The notes beneath the pieces are model-generated. The model was given only the letters and a program-made list of their open reading frames with translations, had not been told where the DNA came from and did no database searches. From positions 54,250,001 through 54,314,000 of the forward strand of contig OZ024745.1 in the NCBI GenBank assembly GCA_964016885.1: 64,000 nucleotides of DNA, given 5' to 3'. The translations under genes were made by a program, and so were the position numbers. Positions 63,952-64,000 of the stretch are shown here, one piece after another (position 1 is the stretch's first letter; each line of letters opens with the position of its first letter). This DNA is from Eledone cirrhosa. Taxonomy: Eukaryota.

Positions 63952-64000
<49 letters not shown>
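63662..64000. repeat. (TA)n-rich tract
   Basis: Directly visible. Confidence 0.95.

Overview
AT-rich, microsatellite-saturated eukaryotic non-coding DNA with no recognisable host gene. The repeat content suggests an octopus-like cephalopod (inference). Almost all listed ORFs are translations of (TA)n, (CA)n, (GA)n or trinucleotide runs. The main structure is a population of Penelope-like element (PLE) derivatives sitting in (TA)n tracts. One decayed RT + GIY-YIG copy (about 46.0-47.7 kb) lies between ~1.1 kb inverted arms. About ten short insertions share the layout (TA)n / inverted pLTR arm / sense pLTR / unpaired 3' tail / (TA)n. Reading by eye finds type I hammerhead ribozyme folds in about 14 distinct sequence contexts (over 20 copies). 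These include a UUGAUAA (U3-A8) core, CAGAAGA and CCGACGA cores, very long stem II inserts, and two retrozyme-like tandem units of 316 and 331 nt. A shared ACTC...GAGTGCT hairpin recurs in the 3' tails of otherwise dissimilar families. Also present: many tRNA-derived SINEs, a Helitron nested in a TTAA-flanked MITE, mariner- and piggyBac-like MITEs, and Hero-, Dong/R4-, RTE- and CR1-like LINE fragments. All folds and family assignments are by eye and untested.
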